Positions 62,236 through 64,000 of a stretch of 64,000 nucleotides of DNA are shown piece by piece. Source of the DNA: the human T2T-CHM13v2.0 reference genome, Homo sapiens. The stretch lies in the NCBI RefSeq assembly GCF_009914755.1, contig NC_060934.1; one strand, 5' to 3'. The first letter of the stretch is position 1, and every line of letters starts with the position of its first letter. Both the position numbers and the translations under genes were made by a program. The notes under the pieces are model-generated. The model saw only the letters and a program-made list of their open reading frames with translations, did not search any database and was not told the DNA's origin.

Positions 62236-64000
62236 ACCACACACCGCATACACACACCTGATGCACACACACCTGACACATCCCCAGAAACCACACCTCG
62301 AACACCAGACACATCCAAACACACACCTCACACACATCCCAGACACACACCTCACACAAACACACCCCCCCACACACACCTCACAAACACCCCAAACACC
62401 TGACACACACACACCCCAGAATCACACATCTCGAACACCAGACACATCCAAACACACCCCAGACACACACACCCCAGACACACACCCAACACACACCCGA
62501 CACACACCACACACACCTCACACACACCCCAGACACACACACACCTGACACACCCGACACACCCCCAGAATCACACACCTCAAACACCACATTCAAACAC
62601 ACACCTCACACACACCCGACACACACCTGACACACACGTGACACACACACCTGACACACCCCCAGAAACATACACCTGACACACACCTCACACACACCCA
62701 ACAACACATATACCTGATACACACCCCAGGCACACATTTGACACACACACCCCACACACCTGACACACATACCCCAGAAACACCTCAAACAACAGATACA
62801 TCCAAACACACACCTCACACACACCTGACACACACACCCTAGTAATACACACATCAAATGCCAGACATCCAAACACACATCTCACACACACCTCAGACAC
62901 ACACACAGCTGACACACACCTGACAGCCCCCAGAAACACACATTTCAAACACCAGACACATCCAGACACACACCTCACACACACCCCAGACACACACACA
63001 CCTGAGACACACCCCACACACCTAACCCGCACCCCACACACCTGACCCACACCCCAGAAACACACATCTGACACACACCCCAGACACACACACCTGACAC
63101 TCTCCCCAGAAACACCTCAAACACCAAATACATCTAAACACACAATTCACACACACCCCAGATATACCTCACACACACACCCCAGACATACCTCACACAC
63201 ACACACCTGACACCCCAGAAACACACCTCACACACCAGACACACCCACACATCTCACATACACGACACGCACCTGACACCCACCCCAGAAACACACATCT
63301 CACACACCAGACACCCAAACACACCTCACACACACCCCTGACACACACCCCACACCTGACACACACACCTGACCCACACCCCAGAAACACACACCTTAAA
63401 CAGCAGAAACACCCAAACACACCCCCCCACACACCTGACACACCTGATGCCCATCTGACACATACCCCAGAAACACACCAGACACACCCAAACACACTCA
63501 CCTCAAACACATCCCTGACACACACACACCACACACCTGACATACACACACCTGACCCACACCCCAGACACACACCTGACACACACCCCAGAAATACACA
63601 CCTCACACACCAGACACACCCAAACACACACCTCACACACGCCACACACCCCTCAGACAGACGCCTCACACACCAGCCATACACACATCACATACACCTC
63701 TCACACACACCCCCAACACACACCTCACACACACCTCACACACGCTCTTGACCCATACAGTTCACACACCAGACACACCCAAACACACACACCTCACACA
63801 CCCAAGACACACCCACACACGCCCCAACACACACCTGACACCAGTCACCCAGGAAACACGCTTCACACACACCACACACCCAGACACACACCGCAAACAC
63901 CACACAACGACACATACACCCAAACACCCCAGACACACATACCTCACATCAGACACCACATACCCAACACACCTCACATATACCCTAGACACACCAGAAA
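62236..64000. repeat. Long degenerate CA-rich repeat upstream of CALY
   Basis: acacacacctgacac, ccccagaaacac and ccaaacacacacctc units; runs off the window edge. Confidence 0.93.

Overview
Human (primate) GC-rich, intron-containing genomic DNA. The proteins and gene order identify it as the distal chr10q26.3 cluster. It contains the 5' end of ADAM8 (minus strand, exons 1-2) and the complete TUBGCP2 gene (minus; 17 coding exons summing to 2709 nt = 902 aa, plus an 84-nt Alu-derived cassette exon). ZNF511 (plus; 252-aa spliced and 262-aa intron-retaining forms) shares a ~70-bp bidirectional CpG promoter with TUBGCP2. CALY/calcyon is complete (minus; 217 aa). Between and within the genes are many Alus, old L1/Tigger3/MER53/MaLR remnants, three LTR13-family and two LTR12 solo LTRs with readable target-site duplications, and several G-rich VNTRs. 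The long ORFs in the track are repeat artefacts. I found no new protein-coding system. The most unusual structures are: (1) tandem duplications sitting on about 10 TUBGCP2 splice junctions, creating decoy, in-frame or poison donors and tandem branch points; (2) an inverted VNTR copy bracketing the TUBGCP2 start-codon exon; (3) a compact RFX-CRE-CCAAT module in CALY intron 1; (4) a nested TE stack; (5) an orphan CpG-rich, promoter-like element next to a large VNTR. Exon boundaries were read by hand from GT/AG junctions. Repeat boundaries and subfamily names come from recalled consensus sequences and are approximate.
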